IMG/VR virus record: IMGVR_UViG_3300020576_007701
DNA length: 64,000 nucleotides
From: a virus
Taxonomy: Duplodnaviria > Caudoviricetes
Reading direction: 5' to 3' (one strand)
Shown here: piece by piece, positions 18,991-28,841 of the stretch
Layout: every line of letters begins with the position of its first letter
Position numbering within the stretch: the stretch's first letter is position 1
Notes under the pieces: generated by a model
Seen by the model: the letters and a program-made list of their open reading frames with translations, nothing else
What the model was told of the DNA's origin: nothing
Databases searched by the model: none
Made by a program: the position numbers and the translations under genes

Positions 18991-18997
18991 TATTTAT
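18991..18997 (+). promoter_or_regulatory. putative late promoter TATTTAT
   Basis: 12 nt upstream of ATG 19010. Confidence 0.55.
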
Positions 18998-19009
18998 AAA
19001 AAAAACAAT

Positions 19010-19846
19010 ATGGAAGAATATATATCAGAAGAGCAAAGAAATGCAATTCTAAGAAAAAGAAAAGAAATGATGGCTAAAATGGGTGTGCCAAATGCTGGCA
19101 CCATGATTAGCGAATCTGCAGTAAACGGAAGTCACGGTTCGGCAATGGCTCAAAAGTTGGCAGCAATTAAAAATGGCGCTGCAAAAGCAGAGCTAAACAA
19201 ATATATCCAAGCAACTGGAAAGAGTGCGCCAGGTCAGTTTCAGGGCATACCAGAACCAAGTTCAAAAAGACCAGGAGTTAGGCCTAGAAAAGAAGAAGTT
19301 AAGGCTGAATATAAACAAGAAGTTGCAAACTTCTCGGCACCGCAATCTGATTCAAGCGAATTAGATGCTCTTGAAAGAATGTTTACTGGTGGTGATTCTG
19401 GTCCAGCTAGAATGGTTCCAGGTGGGAGACCATCAGAGATAAATTTAGATGTGGATGTAAATACTGGAGAAATGTCTGGAATGAAATTTATGCCAACATT
19501 TGATCCTCAAGCCGCACTACAAAATAAAGCTAGAAAAACAGCTCAACAACAAAGTGAATATTTAAAATTTGCTCAAGAAGGTGTTCCGCAGACAAATGAA
19601 GAATTTGTAAACGTAGCTCAGCCAGGCATGCAACTTGGCGGTTTAAACATGCAAGGTATACAAATTATGATGGAAACTATTGCAAAAGGAATTGCTGAAA
19701 AAACAATTAGAAACGTTCTTAACGAGTATTCAGAACAACAAAAAGGAAAAATGTTTTATGAATATTACAATAAAGATAAAGGTGTTATAAAAACAGCGGA
19801 CGGAAAACTTTATAGATTAACACCAGTTACAATTGTAAAAAAATAA
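19010..19846 (+). CDS. putative late/virion protein
   Basis: ATG 19010 preferred over track start; contains IRNVLNE; late motif upstream. Confidence 0.55.
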   Translation: MEEYISEEQRNAILRKRKEMMAKMGVPNAGTMISESAVNGSHGSAMAQKLAAIKNGAAKAELNKYIQATGKSAPGQFQGIPEPSSKRPGVRPRKEEVKAEYKQEVANFSAPQSDSSELDALERMFTGGDSGPARMVPGGRPSEINLDVDVNTGEMSGMKFMPTFDPQAALQNKARKTAQQQSEYLKFAQEGVPQTNEEFVNVAQPGMQLGGLNMQGIQIMMETIAKGIAEKTIRNVLNEYSEQQKGKMFYEYYNKDKGVIKTADGKLYRLTPVTIVKK

Positions 19847-19852
19847 AACTTA

Positions 19853-20338
19853 TTATAGATCACCCCATTCAAAGGCTGAAGTAAAAATTACTTTGGCCTT
19901 TGTGTCTTTATGTACGGTACCATCTATGATTGATTGCAAATAATCTAACTTGCTTTTTTTTAATGGCCTTATATTGTCGTGTGTTGTAGCGTTTTGAAGA
20001 TTTTGAATTCTACATTCATATATAAGTCTTCTTTGAGAAAAAGAAGAATTTACTAATTCTACCCAGCCATTTTTTATAGAAACATCTAAATGCTGAGTTG
20101 CATGACAAGCTTTGCAAAGCATTGAAAATTCTGAGTTAATAGGATCAGCTTCATTTAACACCTCAAGGTGCATCAATAAAGCTTTTGGATTCATAGGTGA
20201 GTAATCGCAACCGCAACACATGTGTTTGTCACGCTCTGAGATTTCTTGCCTTTTTTTCTCATAAGCCTCATCTCCAATTAGTTTTTTAAACTCTCTATCT
20301 GAAGGAGAAATTTTTAATTTTAAATCATACTCTTTCAT
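19853..20338 (-). CDS. HNH-like zinc-binding nuclease domain protein
   Basis: RD..CCGC...H...N...LCKACH...H pattern. Confidence 0.55.
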   Translation of the reverse strand: MKEYDLKLKISPSDREFKKLIGDEAYEKKRQEISERDKHMCCGCDYSPMNPKALLMHLEVLNEADPINSEFSMLCKACHATQHLDVSIKNGWVELVNSSFSQRRLIYECRIQNLQNATTHDNIRPLKKSKLDYLQSIIDGTVHKDTKAKVIFTSAFEWGDL

Positions 20339-20913
20339 TATTTTTTTGGTTTAATTATAAAATGCATTTGTTTACCCTCAAGTTTTGGCAAGCTTTCTGG
20401 AACACCAGCTTCTTCAACCATTTCTGCAAATTTAAGCAAAACTATCTCTCCTTGAACTTTAAAAGCGATTCCTCTTCCTTTAAAAAAAAGCACAGCCTTA
20501 ACTTTATCACCCCTTTTTAAAAAATCAACACTTTGTTTGGCCTTGGTTTTCATGTCATTTTCACCAATATTTTGGCTAAGCCTAATTTCTTTTGTAGTAG
20601 AAACCTTTTGGTTTTTTTGTTTTTCTTTTTCTTTTTTAGCTTGATCAAACTTGAACTTAGAGAAATCCGTTATTTTACAAACTGATGGTACTACTTGACC
20701 CGATATCTCTATGAGATCTAGTTCTAATTTTTTAGCCAACGCCAAAGCGTCTTGTAAGGAATAAACCCCGTCCGTTTGACCCTCTGGCAACTCTACAAGT
20801 CTTACTTGAGTTGAAGTTATTTGGTTGTTTATTTTATTGCTAAACTTACCCTTTTGAGGATTACCATATCTAGCTTGATTTGGTTTACCTTGATAGTTTT
20901 TCTTGTTGTCCAA
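20338..20913 (-). CDS. infC: translation initiation factor IF-3 (non-AUG start, probably TTG)
   Basis: INNQI...VRLV, ALALA...LDLIEI, VCKITDFSKFKF, KEIRL, FLKRGDKVK...FKGR, PKLEG; no in-frame ATG before the N-domain. Confidence 0.92.
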   Translation of the reverse strand: MDNKKNYQGKPNQARYGNPQKGKFSNKINNQITSTQVRLVELPEGQTDGVYSLQDALALAKKLELDLIEISGQVVPSVCKITDFSKFKFDQAKKEKEKQKNQKVSTTKEIRLSQNIGENDMKTKAKQSVDFLKRGDKVKAVLFFKGRGIAFKVQGEIVLLKFAEMVEEAGVPESLPKLEGKQMHFIIKPKK

Positions 20914-20949
20914 TTTTAAAATTATTTTGTTAATAATATTGTCTAGGAT

Positions 20950-20957
20950 CAAATTTA
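20950..20957 (-). promoter_or_regulatory. Bacteroidota sigmaA-type -7 element upstream of infC
   Basis: Minus strand reads TAAATTTG (TAnnTTTG). Confidence 0.45.
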
Positions 20958-20970
20958 AGAAATTTTTGAG

Positions 20971-20982
20971 TATTTATAAATA
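20971..20982. promoter_or_regulatory. palindromic TATTTATAAATA (late motif on both strands)
   Basis: Lies between divergent infC and the 20996 ORF. Confidence 0.55.
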
Positions 20983-20995
20983 AAAATCAGAGATT

Positions 20996-21658
20996 ATGGA
21001 AAAAAAAGTTCAAAAAATGTCCTTGAATGACTTTAAACAATATATCATTTCCGAAGCAATGAAGATGCTTAACGCTGGAGATCCAATGGAAGTAACCATG
21101 AACAGCATGGATAAATTGGTTGGAAACGACGGTGCTAAAGTAGCAGCAAAGGAAAATGGCGGGTTTGAATCAAAAACCAAAGCACCTGAAGCTGGTTCTG
21201 ACAATATCGAAAAAACAGAAGATACTGTTGATGTTAAAATGAACCAAGCCCCATCTAAGGGTGGAAGTGATGAAAAAGTCGCTGCTGCCGTTGAGGTTGA
21301 AGCTGCTGGTTCTACTAAAAAAGGCGGTTCTGTTGAAGGAATGCACAACGCAGACTTTACTAGTCTAGACAAACAACCTTCCACAAAAGCATCAACCCCG
21401 TTTGAAGAAAAAAAGGGCGAAGTGGATATGAAAGAAATGGACAAAGCTGTTGATGAAGGAACTAAAACTTTTGTTGAAGCTGGCGCTAAAGATAGTACTG
21501 GACAACCAAATTCTAAGTTTTCAGAAGAAGCTAAAAACGAAAAAGAAAAAGAAGAAAGAATTGCAAAAGCAATACAATTGCCAGAATCTTTCAAAAATAA
21601 AAACGAAATGTTAAAATTTATTCAAGAAGAAGCTAAAAAAATAGCAAAACTTCTTTAA
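20996..21658 (+). CDS. putative internal head protein (charged, low complexity)
   Basis: N-terminal NDFKQYIISEAMK and similar C-terminal EMLKFIQEEAKK; late motif upstream. Confidence 0.55.
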   Translation: MEKKVQKMSLNDFKQYIISEAMKMLNAGDPMEVTMNSMDKLVGNDGAKVAAKENGGFESKTKAPEAGSDNIEKTEDTVDVKMNQAPSKGGSDEKVAAAVEVEAAGSTKKGGSVEGMHNADFTSLDKQPSTKASTPFEEKKGEVDMKEMDKAVDEGTKTFVEAGAKDSTGQPNSKFSEEAKNEKEKEERIAKAIQLPESFKNKNEMLKFIQEEAKKIAKLL

Positions 21659-21679
21659 TTATAACAACAAAATATAATT

Positions 21680-21710
21680 AAAACCAAGGCCTTAAAAGTC
21701 TTGGTTTTTT
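21680..21710 (+). terminator. intrinsic terminator
   Basis: AAAACCAAGGC/GTCTTGGTTTT stem plus T-run. Confidence 0.7.
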
Positions 21711-21745
21711 CGTTTAATAGAACTATATTTTACAAAACAATTATT

Positions 21746-23743
21746 ATGATTTTAAACATAGACAAATATATATCCAAATATTCATTTGTAAACTTTGGTA
21801 CCAAAAAGGGCGACGTTTACTTTTGTAGTTGTGGCGAGGTATTCTGCAAGAGTACTCAAGATAATGAAATAAAAAATGAGATGGCCGAAACCAACAAAAA
21901 ATTAGCTGGTATAGAAGTTGATTCAGATATGGCATCCGAATTACAAAATATTTTTAAAGATGTTAAAATAGGATTTGGAGAAAATATCACATGTCCAAAT
22001 TGTGAAAAAAATTTGCAGACAATTAATAATAAGGAAACCTTAATATTAGATAATGAAAATTTTATTTCTGGTTACAACTTTATAGAGGACGAAAGTTCTT
22101 TGTTACTTGCCTACTCTGTCGTAAAAGCTGATCTAAGCTCTTTAGAAAAAGTGGAATTTTTAAACGAAATGAAGACATTAAGATTTGAAAAAGAAACGAG
22201 GAAGTTGTTTTACAAAGATTTTGAATCTTCAGAAGTAGAATTTGACTTAGATGAAATTATTAATGTGGTTAATAAATTTTTTGTATTCCAAACAAATAAA
22301 GTTGTTAATCTTTTTGATATGCACTCTTTTGTAAACAGGTTATCAAACTTTACAATTGACTCTCAAAACATCAACATAATACAAGAATTACTTAGCACAT
22401 TACATGGCAAGGTTAGCGACTCTGGAATAGATGTAATTAAAAAAATAATTTCTATATTTTTTGGAATAATAAAATATTCAAATCTTTCAACTGTAGCAAT
22501 GACAAAGAGTTCAATTTTTCTTTATGACTTAATGTTGGAGTGTAGCATTCCAAACTCAGCCGTACTTGAGGAAAACAAAGTTACTTCTCCAATAAAAATT
22601 TTCAATTTTTTAGTTCAAAATTATGTTTCTAAATTAAATGAAGAGGTAAATGCAGACAATAAGAATGTGCATAATTTCAAATTTAAATCAAAAACAAGAA
22701 TCCAATATGATGATCAAGGAGAAAATGTTGAAGTAAAAGATTTAGCCGACGAGTTTGTAAAAGATCTTAAATTCGCCTCTCAAAAAGGTTACAAAGAGGG
22801 AAAGGTTTCAAGAGATAAGGGTCAATATCAAGTACAAGATGCAATTGCAGATGGTACTGTTTCTAAATTTATTTTTAAACAAATAAAAAATTTTTCTGAT
22901 TATAAAAAAATAATCAAGTTTTTCAAGCACGTAGATAAAAACGGGCTTATACAATTGCTACAAGAATACAAGCTTGAATTTCTTGTAAGCGTTATAGATC
23001 CTATTTATTTTAGAAAAAAAACAGATATAAAAGACTTGAAAAGGTTGCTTGATATAATTCTTGATTTTACAGCTCAAGAATCTAAAAAGAACTGTGTTTA
23101 CTTAGATGGTGTAATTAGAATGGATTATTCGCATGTGAGAAAATTTGATTTTATCACATATGACGACGCACTTATGATGATGGTTGTTTTAAACTTTGAT
23201 CCCAAGGTGCATTTTAATAAAATAAAAACTTTTTCTGAATTAACACAATACCACAATAATCTTGTAAAATATTTTGCAGTACTTAAAGATGAAGAAAAAA
23301 ATGGTTCTATTATGGAGTTTGTTTCTAAGTTTAGATTTATAGAAGACAAAAATGGATACGATGGCCCATTAGAATTTAAGCTTTTATCTACGCCAGGTAT
23401 GATAATTAACGAAGGTATTGAAATGAAACATAGTGGTGCTGCTTATGCGAGCAATGTGGCTCAAGGTTTTTATTTAATGGCTCAGGTATATGATAAATTT
23501 ATTGAAAGAGGGGATGACGAACCGCCAAGATACACAATTGGTTTTAATTATGATAAATTGACTGGGCTAGAATTCGACCAAGTTAAAGGTTTCGCTAACG
23601 AACTTGGCGAGGGTATGCCAAAAAAGAAGGACAGGTTCAAAAAAGAACTCATGAGATGGCTAGCAATTAAAGATATTTCTTATAGACCAATAGGTGATAT
23701 TAAACTTTCTGGAGATGATTTGACGCATGAATCAAAATTGTAA
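21746..23743 (+). CDS. PcfJ-like domain protein with N-terminal Zn ribbon
   Basis: CSCG...CPNC; C-terminal EGIEMKH...YTI...QVKGFAN; ATG 21746 preferred over track start. Confidence 0.6.
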   Translation: MILNIDKYISKYSFVNFGTKKGDVYFCSCGEVFCKSTQDNEIKNEMAETNKKLAGIEVDSDMASELQNIFKDVKIGFGENITCPNCEKNLQTINNKETLILDNENFISGYNFIEDESSLLLAYSVVKADLSSLEKVEFLNEMKTLRFEKETRKLFYKDFESSEVEFDLDEIINVVNKFFVFQTNKVVNLFDMHSFVNRLSNFTIDSQNINIIQELLSTLHGKVSDSGIDVIKKIISIFFGIIKYSNLSTVAMTKSSIFLYDLMLECSIPNSAVLEENKVTSPIKIFNFLVQNYVSKLNEEVNADNKNVHNFKFKSKTRIQYDDQGENVEVKDLADEFVKDLKFASQKGYKEGKVSRDKGQYQVQDAIADGTVSKFIFKQIKNFSDYKKIIKFFKHVDKNGLIQLLQEYKLEFLVSVIDPIYFRKKTDIKDLKRLLDIILDFTAQESKKNCVYLDGVIRMDYSHVRKFDFITYDDALMMMVVLNFDPKVHFNKIKTFSELTQYHNNLVKYFAVLKDEEKNGSIMEFVSKFRFIEDKNGYDGPLEFKLLSTPGMIINEGIEMKHSGAAYASNVAQGFYLMAQVYDKFIERGDDEPPRYTIGFNYDKLTGLEFDQVKGFANELGEGMPKKKDRFKKELMRWLAIKDISYRPIGDIKLSGDDLTHESKL

Positions 23744-24107
23744 GAGTATATTTTTGTACAACAAAGATAATGAGTTAATAACTTTTTCTGATATTTCTGA
23801 ATGTGGAGAAGTCGTTAATTTTTATGATCTTAGAGATAAGAAACTGACGAAAATTAACGTTGAGCACTATAAAGAAAGAGGCAAAATCGGCGTTGAAAGA
23901 AATAGGGCTATAATTACCTTTAAAGAAGAATGCTCATTGTTTCACACATTTATAGACTCTGATTCAAGAGTGGTAGCTCAAAAAAGAGGCTCATTCCAAA
24001 GAGAGTCGCCAACGCCAATATCTAAAATTTACAGTACAAACGAAGAAGATATAGAAAGTTTTACTATTGACAGCAACCTAGTGCAGAACTGGATTAAAAA
24101 GCTATAA
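23727..24107 (+). CDS. hypothetical protein
   Basis: 126 aa ORF overlapping the upstream stop. Confidence 0.55.
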   Translation: MNQNCKSIFLYNKDNELITFSDISECGEVVNFYDLRDKKLTKINVEHYKERGKIGVERNRAIITFKEECSLFHTFIDSDSRVVAQKRGSFQRESPTPISKIYSTNEEDIESFTIDSNLVQNWIKKL

Positions 24108-24124
24108 TCTTAATTTTTATAAGC

Positions 24125-24131
24125 TATTTAT
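24125..24131 (+). promoter_or_regulatory. putative late promoter TATTTAT
   Basis: 15 nt upstream of ATG 24147, heading three genes that carry leader motifs. Confidence 0.55.
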
Positions 24132-24146
24132 TATAAAATAGTTAAG

Positions 24147-24617
24147 ATGAAATTAAAAGATTTTTATTTGGGTATATTAAGTGAAACAGAAAACCATTTA
24201 CATTTGGATGCCGATACTATTTCTAAAGTTAATGATGTTGACATCAATAAATCTGAAGATAAAATAAAAATAAATTTTCAAACCACCTACGATAAAAGCG
24301 TTACACTCACAGTAGATTATTCTCAATTTAAAAAATGGTTTCTTGACAATTTAAATAAGCACACCGATATGTTCAAGGGTTTCATACAAGATTTTGTATT
24401 GAATTCCAAAGAATCTGAAGCCCCAACGCCAGTTGTAAACGAAATCATTGATGATGATGGAAATATAATGCCAAGCACAGACATGCCAAATAACACTACA
24501 AATCAAATGGTTGGAGCAAACAATAATTGGGATTTAGAAAAGTTAGGAAAATCTCAAGCCTTTAAATCTAATAAATTTTTTACTGGCGGATATGGTGGTG
24601 GATTTATAACCTGGTAA
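24147..24617 (+). CDS. putative internal head protein
   Basis: Leader MKLKDFYLGILSE. Confidence 0.5.
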   Translation: MKLKDFYLGILSETENHLHLDADTISKVNDVDINKSEDKIKINFQTTYDKSVTLTVDYSQFKKWFLDNLNKHTDMFKGFIQDFVLNSKESEAPTPVVNEIIDDDGNIMPSTDMPNNTTNQMVGANNNWDLEKLGKSQAFKSNKFFTGGYGGGFITW

Positions 24618-24632
24618 TAATTAAAAAAAATC

Positions 24633-25091
24633 ATGAAAGAAAACGATAGAATGAAAGACCTTGTAGAATTCTACAAAAAGAAAGACGAAATCTTCAAAAA
24701 AGATGTCAAAGAAACAGTTGAAAAAGATCTTTCAAGTGAATACAAGCGTTTAAGCGAATTGGCTGGAGGCAAATTAAATGCCGACTTTAAAGAGGGTTTT
24801 GTTCAAAATTCTACGCCATTTGAAATGGGCGCAGGAAACGTTAGAACGGTAAATACAATAGCCAATGATATGTATGGTAATCCAACAATGGCTTATCAAC
24901 CTATTAGACAGCCTTTACAACCAGATGAAGCTGTAGAGTTAGCAATTACCAGATCTTTAAAATCGGGAGCCCCTGTTAAAGATATGGGCTTTTATGACGA
25001 AGTTAATTGGCATTTACAAACCTTGGGCTTTCCAGCTAAGAATGCTCTAGACATTAAAAACATTATTTTAAAAATGATGTCAAAATCATAA
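24633..25091 (+). CDS. putative internal head protein
   Basis: Contains LSSEYKRLSELAGG motif. Confidence 0.5.
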   Translation: MKENDRMKDLVEFYKKKDEIFKKDVKETVEKDLSSEYKRLSELAGGKLNADFKEGFVQNSTPFEMGAGNVRTVNTIANDMYGNPTMAYQPIRQPLQPDEAVELAITRSLKSGAPVKDMGFYDEVNWHLQTLGFPAKNALDIKNIILKMMSKS

Positions 25092-25615
25092 TGGAAAAAA
25101 AGTTTCTAAATGAAGAGATTGTAGAGAAGCTAAAAAGCATTATCTCAGAAGTAGGTGAATACAACTATAATAAAAGTTTTTCGCCACCAGATAATGTTGC
25201 CAAAAAATCAAGAGAGGCGTTATCTCAAATTTCTTCTATAGATCATACAATTGAAAATACCGAGCAGGGATCTGGAAAAGAAAAAGCCTTGGAGTTAGCT
25301 GAAAAAAAGACTCAAAATGTAGAGCAAATGAAAAAGCTTGCTTCTTTCTTTAGTACCAATGCTGCAATCATAACAAGGATAAAACAGCAAGGTGGTCCAA
25401 AAACAGATGAGGAAAGACATGCTCTGCAAGGGTGGAATTTGCGTGGCGCAGAAGCTGGTAATCAATGGGTAAAAAATGAACTTGAAAGATTTCATCGTGA
25501 AAACCAAAGCACAAAAGACAATCTTAGAAAAGCTGGCGGTGCAGGAACAAATAAAGGGATGGGTGTTTTTGCTAAAAATGTACTTGATACAAATAAACAA
25601 AGAATTCATAGATAA
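25091..25615 (+). CDS. putative head-associated protein
   Basis: Leader FLNEEIVEKLKSIISE, then a PP..V...AL / KKLASFF / W.L.G...G..W domain I recognise from phage head-region proteins. Confidence 0.45.
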   Translation: MEKKFLNEEIVEKLKSIISEVGEYNYNKSFSPPDNVAKKSREALSQISSIDHTIENTEQGSGKEKALELAEKKTQNVEQMKKLASFFSTNAAIITRIKQQGGPKTDEERHALQGWNLRGAEAGNQWVKNELERFHRENQSTKDNLRKAGGAGTNKGMGVFAKNVLDTNKQRIHR

Positions 25616-25677
25616 AATTTGCTTTTTATCAGTCTGATCTTTATCTTTACAAAAACAAATTAAAAATCTAGACAAAA

Positions 25678-26271
25678 ATGAGCACAACATTTAACGATTC
25701 AGCATTTTCAGAATTAGGAAAAATAAGCACACCAAATTTTGATGGTGCAGCAAAATGGGAACGTCAACCAGCGGACGAAGAATTAAAGCCATACGCAGAC
25801 TTTATTAAAAAACACACGCCACACAACGCAGAAATAGAGCCAGAAAGAATTAAGTTTTATTATTTGCCAAAACTTTTAAAAGAAGGCGGAAATTACATTA
25901 TCGGCAAATTACAAGATAGAGATCCCCTTGAAGCTGACAACGATAATAGTTTTGATTATTTTGTTTGTATAAGCTATCCAGTTTGGAGAAACCTAGACAC
26001 TAAAACAAAGGCAATTCAACTAGACAAGGTTTTATGTGGAATTAAACTTGCTCCTGGAAAAGATGCCGCTGAAATTGAGGCTAAAAAGCGTCCAACAGAC
26101 GTTAGAGAATATCAAGATAGTTTAGATTGTTTTGGAGCTCTTGAGGTGTTGAGAACATCACAGGTTGTTTCTAAAGGGGCTGAACAATTAGCTGAAGCTG
26201 CAGCTGAAGAGAAAAAACAAAAAAAAGAAGACGCTAAAGCAAAAAGAGAAGCTAAAAAACAAAATGCTTAA
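25678..26271 (+). CDS. phage metallopeptidase-like protein, apparently catalytically degenerate
   Basis: DYFVCI...W..L....K...LDKVLCGI...DVREY matches the family layout but lacks HExxH. Confidence 0.4.
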   Translation: MSTTFNDSAFSELGKISTPNFDGAAKWERQPADEELKPYADFIKKHTPHNAEIEPERIKFYYLPKLLKEGGNYIIGKLQDRDPLEADNDNSFDYFVCISYPVWRNLDTKTKAIQLDKVLCGIKLAPGKDAAEIEAKKRPTDVREYQDSLDCFGALEVLRTSQVVSKGAEQLAEAAAEEKKQKKEDAKAKREAKKQNA

Positions 26272-26273
26272 TT

Positions 26274-26537
26274 ATGAATGAAGATCTTTTAGAGGCCGCT
26301 TTATCAGTACTTAAAAGCAAGATAGATGTAATTATGCTAGATGTCAACAATATGATGTCTAATGCTTATATTGAAGATAAAGCGGCCAAAAAAATGGCAA
26401 ACAAAATTTCGAAATTAGCAAAAGCAAATCGTAATTATCAACAAGGTTTGAGTTTAAAAGCTCAAATGTTAGCTTTAAAAATTACATCTTCCGCACAAGA
26501 AACAAATACTGATTCCAACAAAAATGAGGAAGAATAA
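26274..26537 (+). CDS. hypothetical protein
   Basis: 87 aa ORF in operon. Confidence 0.55.
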   Translation: MNEDLLEAALSVLKSKIDVIMLDVNNMMSNAYIEDKAAKKMANKISKLAKANRNYQQGLSLKAQMLALKITSSAQETNTDSNKNEEE

Positions 26538-26540
26538 ATC

Positions 26541-26780
26541 ATGATAATAGTTTTAAAAATAATTTTGCTTTTCTTAGCAGTTGTATCTGGAATAACCTTT
26601 AGGGGTATTTTGAAAGATTTTATTCAGGTCAAAAAAACAGATGGCTTTGACACAATAACCATTTGGGAAAGAACAAAGTTTAATGTGAAATTTTACTTAA
26701 TAGAACTTTCTATAATTAGTTTAATTGTCTTTTTGCTTTATTTTATTGTTATGCCATTGACAATTGGTTCTTATGCTTAA
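26541..26780 (+). CDS. small membrane protein (2 TM)
   Basis: Two hydrophobic segments. Confidence 0.55.
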   Translation: MIIVLKIILLFLAVVSGITFRGILKDFIQVKKTDGFDTITIWERTKFNVKFYLIELSIISLIVFLLYFIVMPLTIGSYA

Positions 26781-27072
26781 AAATTTTTGGAAACATTCTC
26801 GTTTAAGGTTCTATTATTTAAATACAATATGGAACTATAAGTTTTGGCTTTTTTCCATAAAAATTTATAGACACGAAAATCATGAAGTCATAAACAAGGA
26901 AGAGTTAACAATGGATTATACAACCATGTTAAAGCCAACAAAAAAAATAATAAGCAGCAAAAGATTCTCTGGTTATATGTATGAAAACAAGATTTACCAT
27001 GACAATCCAGGAATTCAAGGCATAGATTCGGAGACTTGGCAAATTTGGAGAAAAAAAGGACTAATAGATTAA
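26773..27072 (+). CDS. hypothetical protein
   Basis: ATG 26773 overlaps upstream stop; start uncertain. Confidence 0.45.
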   Translation: MLKNFWKHSRLRFYYLNTIWNYKFWLFSIKIYRHENHEVINKEELTMDYTTMLKPTKKIISSKRFSGYMYENKIYHDNPGIQGIDSETWQIWRKKGLID

Positions 27073-27076
27073 AATT

Positions 27077-27103
27077 AAATCTCGCCCACAAGCGAGATTT
27101 TTT
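27077..27103 (+). terminator. intrinsic terminator
   Basis: AAATCTCGC/GCGAGATTT stem plus T-run. Confidence 0.75.
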
Positions 27104-27125
27104 GCTATTATAACTTTTTTTTTGA

Positions 27126-27132
27126 TATTTAT
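27126..27132 (+). promoter_or_regulatory. putative late promoter TATTTAT
   Basis: Just after a terminator and 15 nt before ATG 27148. Confidence 0.6.
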
Positions 27133-27147
27133 TAGAAAACTCCACGT

Positions 27148-28797
27148 ATGGCCGAGAAAGATAAAATATATCCAGAAGGATACCCACGTCAAACAGAAGG
27201 TTTTAGTGAACAACAAAAATTCAAATTAGATACGTTTACTTTGATACAAAAGGTTGCTCTAGAAACCACTGAAAAAGCGTTTGAAAAATTAGGCTATAAA
27301 AAGTCTGACAAAGTTGCTGGCGAGTATGCAGATGGTAAAACAATGGGCGCTGGAACAGAAATAAATCACTTTAATGTGAGATTAACTTCAAATGCTCTAA
27401 CTAACACTTATTTTCAAAAAATTATTTATTTTGGCGGAAAAAGAACCGCATCAGAAATTAATATTGAGTGGGATGTTAAAAATAAATCACTAGAAATGAC
27501 TTATAAAACCTCTGAGGCTGGATCTTTTAGAGGATACGGTTCTGCAGAAGGAGCTCATATGCTTAATCAAAAAATGGCATTTGTAGTTAAATCTGAATCT
27601 GAATTTAAAACAGAGCTTACAAAATTATTTGCAACTTGCGCAGAAAAAGAAGTAGCTCATATCACAAAAACAAAACTAGGTATCGAGGACGGTACTGAAA
27701 AAAGTACAAACTCAATGGTTGAAAACTCTATGAAAAACTATAACTTAAAAAATTTAATGTCAGCTTCCGATGAAGACTTGGCAAGCGCTGTTGATAATTA
27801 TCTTAACGAAGGAAAAGTTGAAGATAAAACAACAAAAAATAGCCCAGAAATAATTGCTGCTAATAGCCCAGGAAAACTTCTTTTTGATGACCTTGAAGAA
27901 TTGGAAGATGGCGCTGTTAAAACTGCAGCAAAAAACAAACTTAAAAAATTTGGTTGTGTAGCAGTTAACGAATTAAAGCCTTCTGAAAAGAAAACTTTTT
28001 TCGAAGAACTTGAAAAAGAAATGGCAATTGATGAAGTTACAGCTTCTGGTGGAAACGCTGCTGGCGGTGCTTATACTGGCCCATCTTGTTTTAAACCAGG
28101 CGGAGATTTTGACCTTGGAAACGAAAAGGATGTAAATAAGAAAAAGTTTGAAGAAACTAATTATGCTAAAAATAAACAAAGCAAACCTTATGTTCAAAAA
28201 ACAATGAAAGAAGGTGATACATTCTGGACAACAGTAGAGGTTATACCTGGATCTGGTTATGTACCAAAAGGTATGGATAAAAATTTTGTTATGGGTCAAC
28301 ATGCTGAAAACATTAAAAAAACAAACGAAAGCGTTTCTAAGGGTACTGAAGAATCAATGCTTACTGAGTCATTAGTAAAAAAGAAATTTGTTACTTTAAG
28401 TGAAAACGAAGAAAAAGGTATCAACAAAAGATACATCATTACTGAAAAAAGGACTAAAGAACAAGAAGAAAACAGATGGAAAAAGCTTGCCATGTTTGAA
28501 TCTAACGAAACAATTAAGCGTGCAGAAAGAGTAACTGAAGATGAAGAGTTTGTAGAAGCTCCTAAGGTTATAAAAGAAAACGTTCACAAAGAAGAAGAAG
28601 AATTCAGAAGCAGAGTTGACGTGAATATCGACGAACAAGTAGATGGCAAAAAAGTAATTATGGTTGCAAAACCAAACTCTATGTCAAATGCAATGTTTAA
28701 AGTATTTGAAGAAGATTACTTAAACGAAAGCAGATCTTATATAAAAGACCTAAATTCTGGCCAATTAATACTTAACCCAAACTATAAATTCAAATAA
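27148..28797 (+). CDS. large Glu/Lys-rich putative internal head protein
   Basis: Own late motif and terminator; many LNE/LTE/IDE/MKE sites. Confidence 0.55.
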   Translation: MAEKDKIYPEGYPRQTEGFSEQQKFKLDTFTLIQKVALETTEKAFEKLGYKKSDKVAGEYADGKTMGAGTEINHFNVRLTSNALTNTYFQKIIYFGGKRTASEINIEWDVKNKSLEMTYKTSEAGSFRGYGSAEGAHMLNQKMAFVVKSESEFKTELTKLFATCAEKEVAHITKTKLGIEDGTEKSTNSMVENSMKNYNLKNLMSASDEDLASAVDNYLNEGKVEDKTTKNSPEIIAANSPGKLLFDDLEELEDGAVKTAAKNKLKKFGCVAVNELKPSEKKTFFEELEKEMAIDEVTASGGNAAGGAYTGPSCFKPGGDFDLGNEKDVNKKKFEETNYAKNKQSKPYVQKTMKEGDTFWTTVEVIPGSGYVPKGMDKNFVMGQHAENIKKTNESVSKGTEESMLTESLVKKKFVTLSENEEKGINKRYIITEKRTKEQEENRWKKLAMFESNETIKRAERVTEDEEFVEAPKVIKENVHKEEEEFRSRVDVNIDEQVDGKKVIMVAKPNSMSNAMFKVFEEDYLNESRSYIKDLNSGQLILNPNYKFK

Positions 28798-28811
28798 TTT
28801 ATAAAAACATT

Positions 28812-28841
28812 AAAAATCCGCCCCAAAAAGGCGGATTTTTT
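28812..28841 (+). terminator. intrinsic terminator
   Basis: AAAAATCCGCC/GGCGGATTTTT stem. Confidence 0.8.

Noticed and set aside
19853-20338. Type IVB secretion component IcmJ/DotN
   Set aside because: Resemblance is limited to the HNH-type Zn pattern and no secretion genes are present
21010-21594. Minus-strand 194 aa ORF
   Set aside because: Antisense shadow of 20996..21658, which has its own promoter motif and terminator
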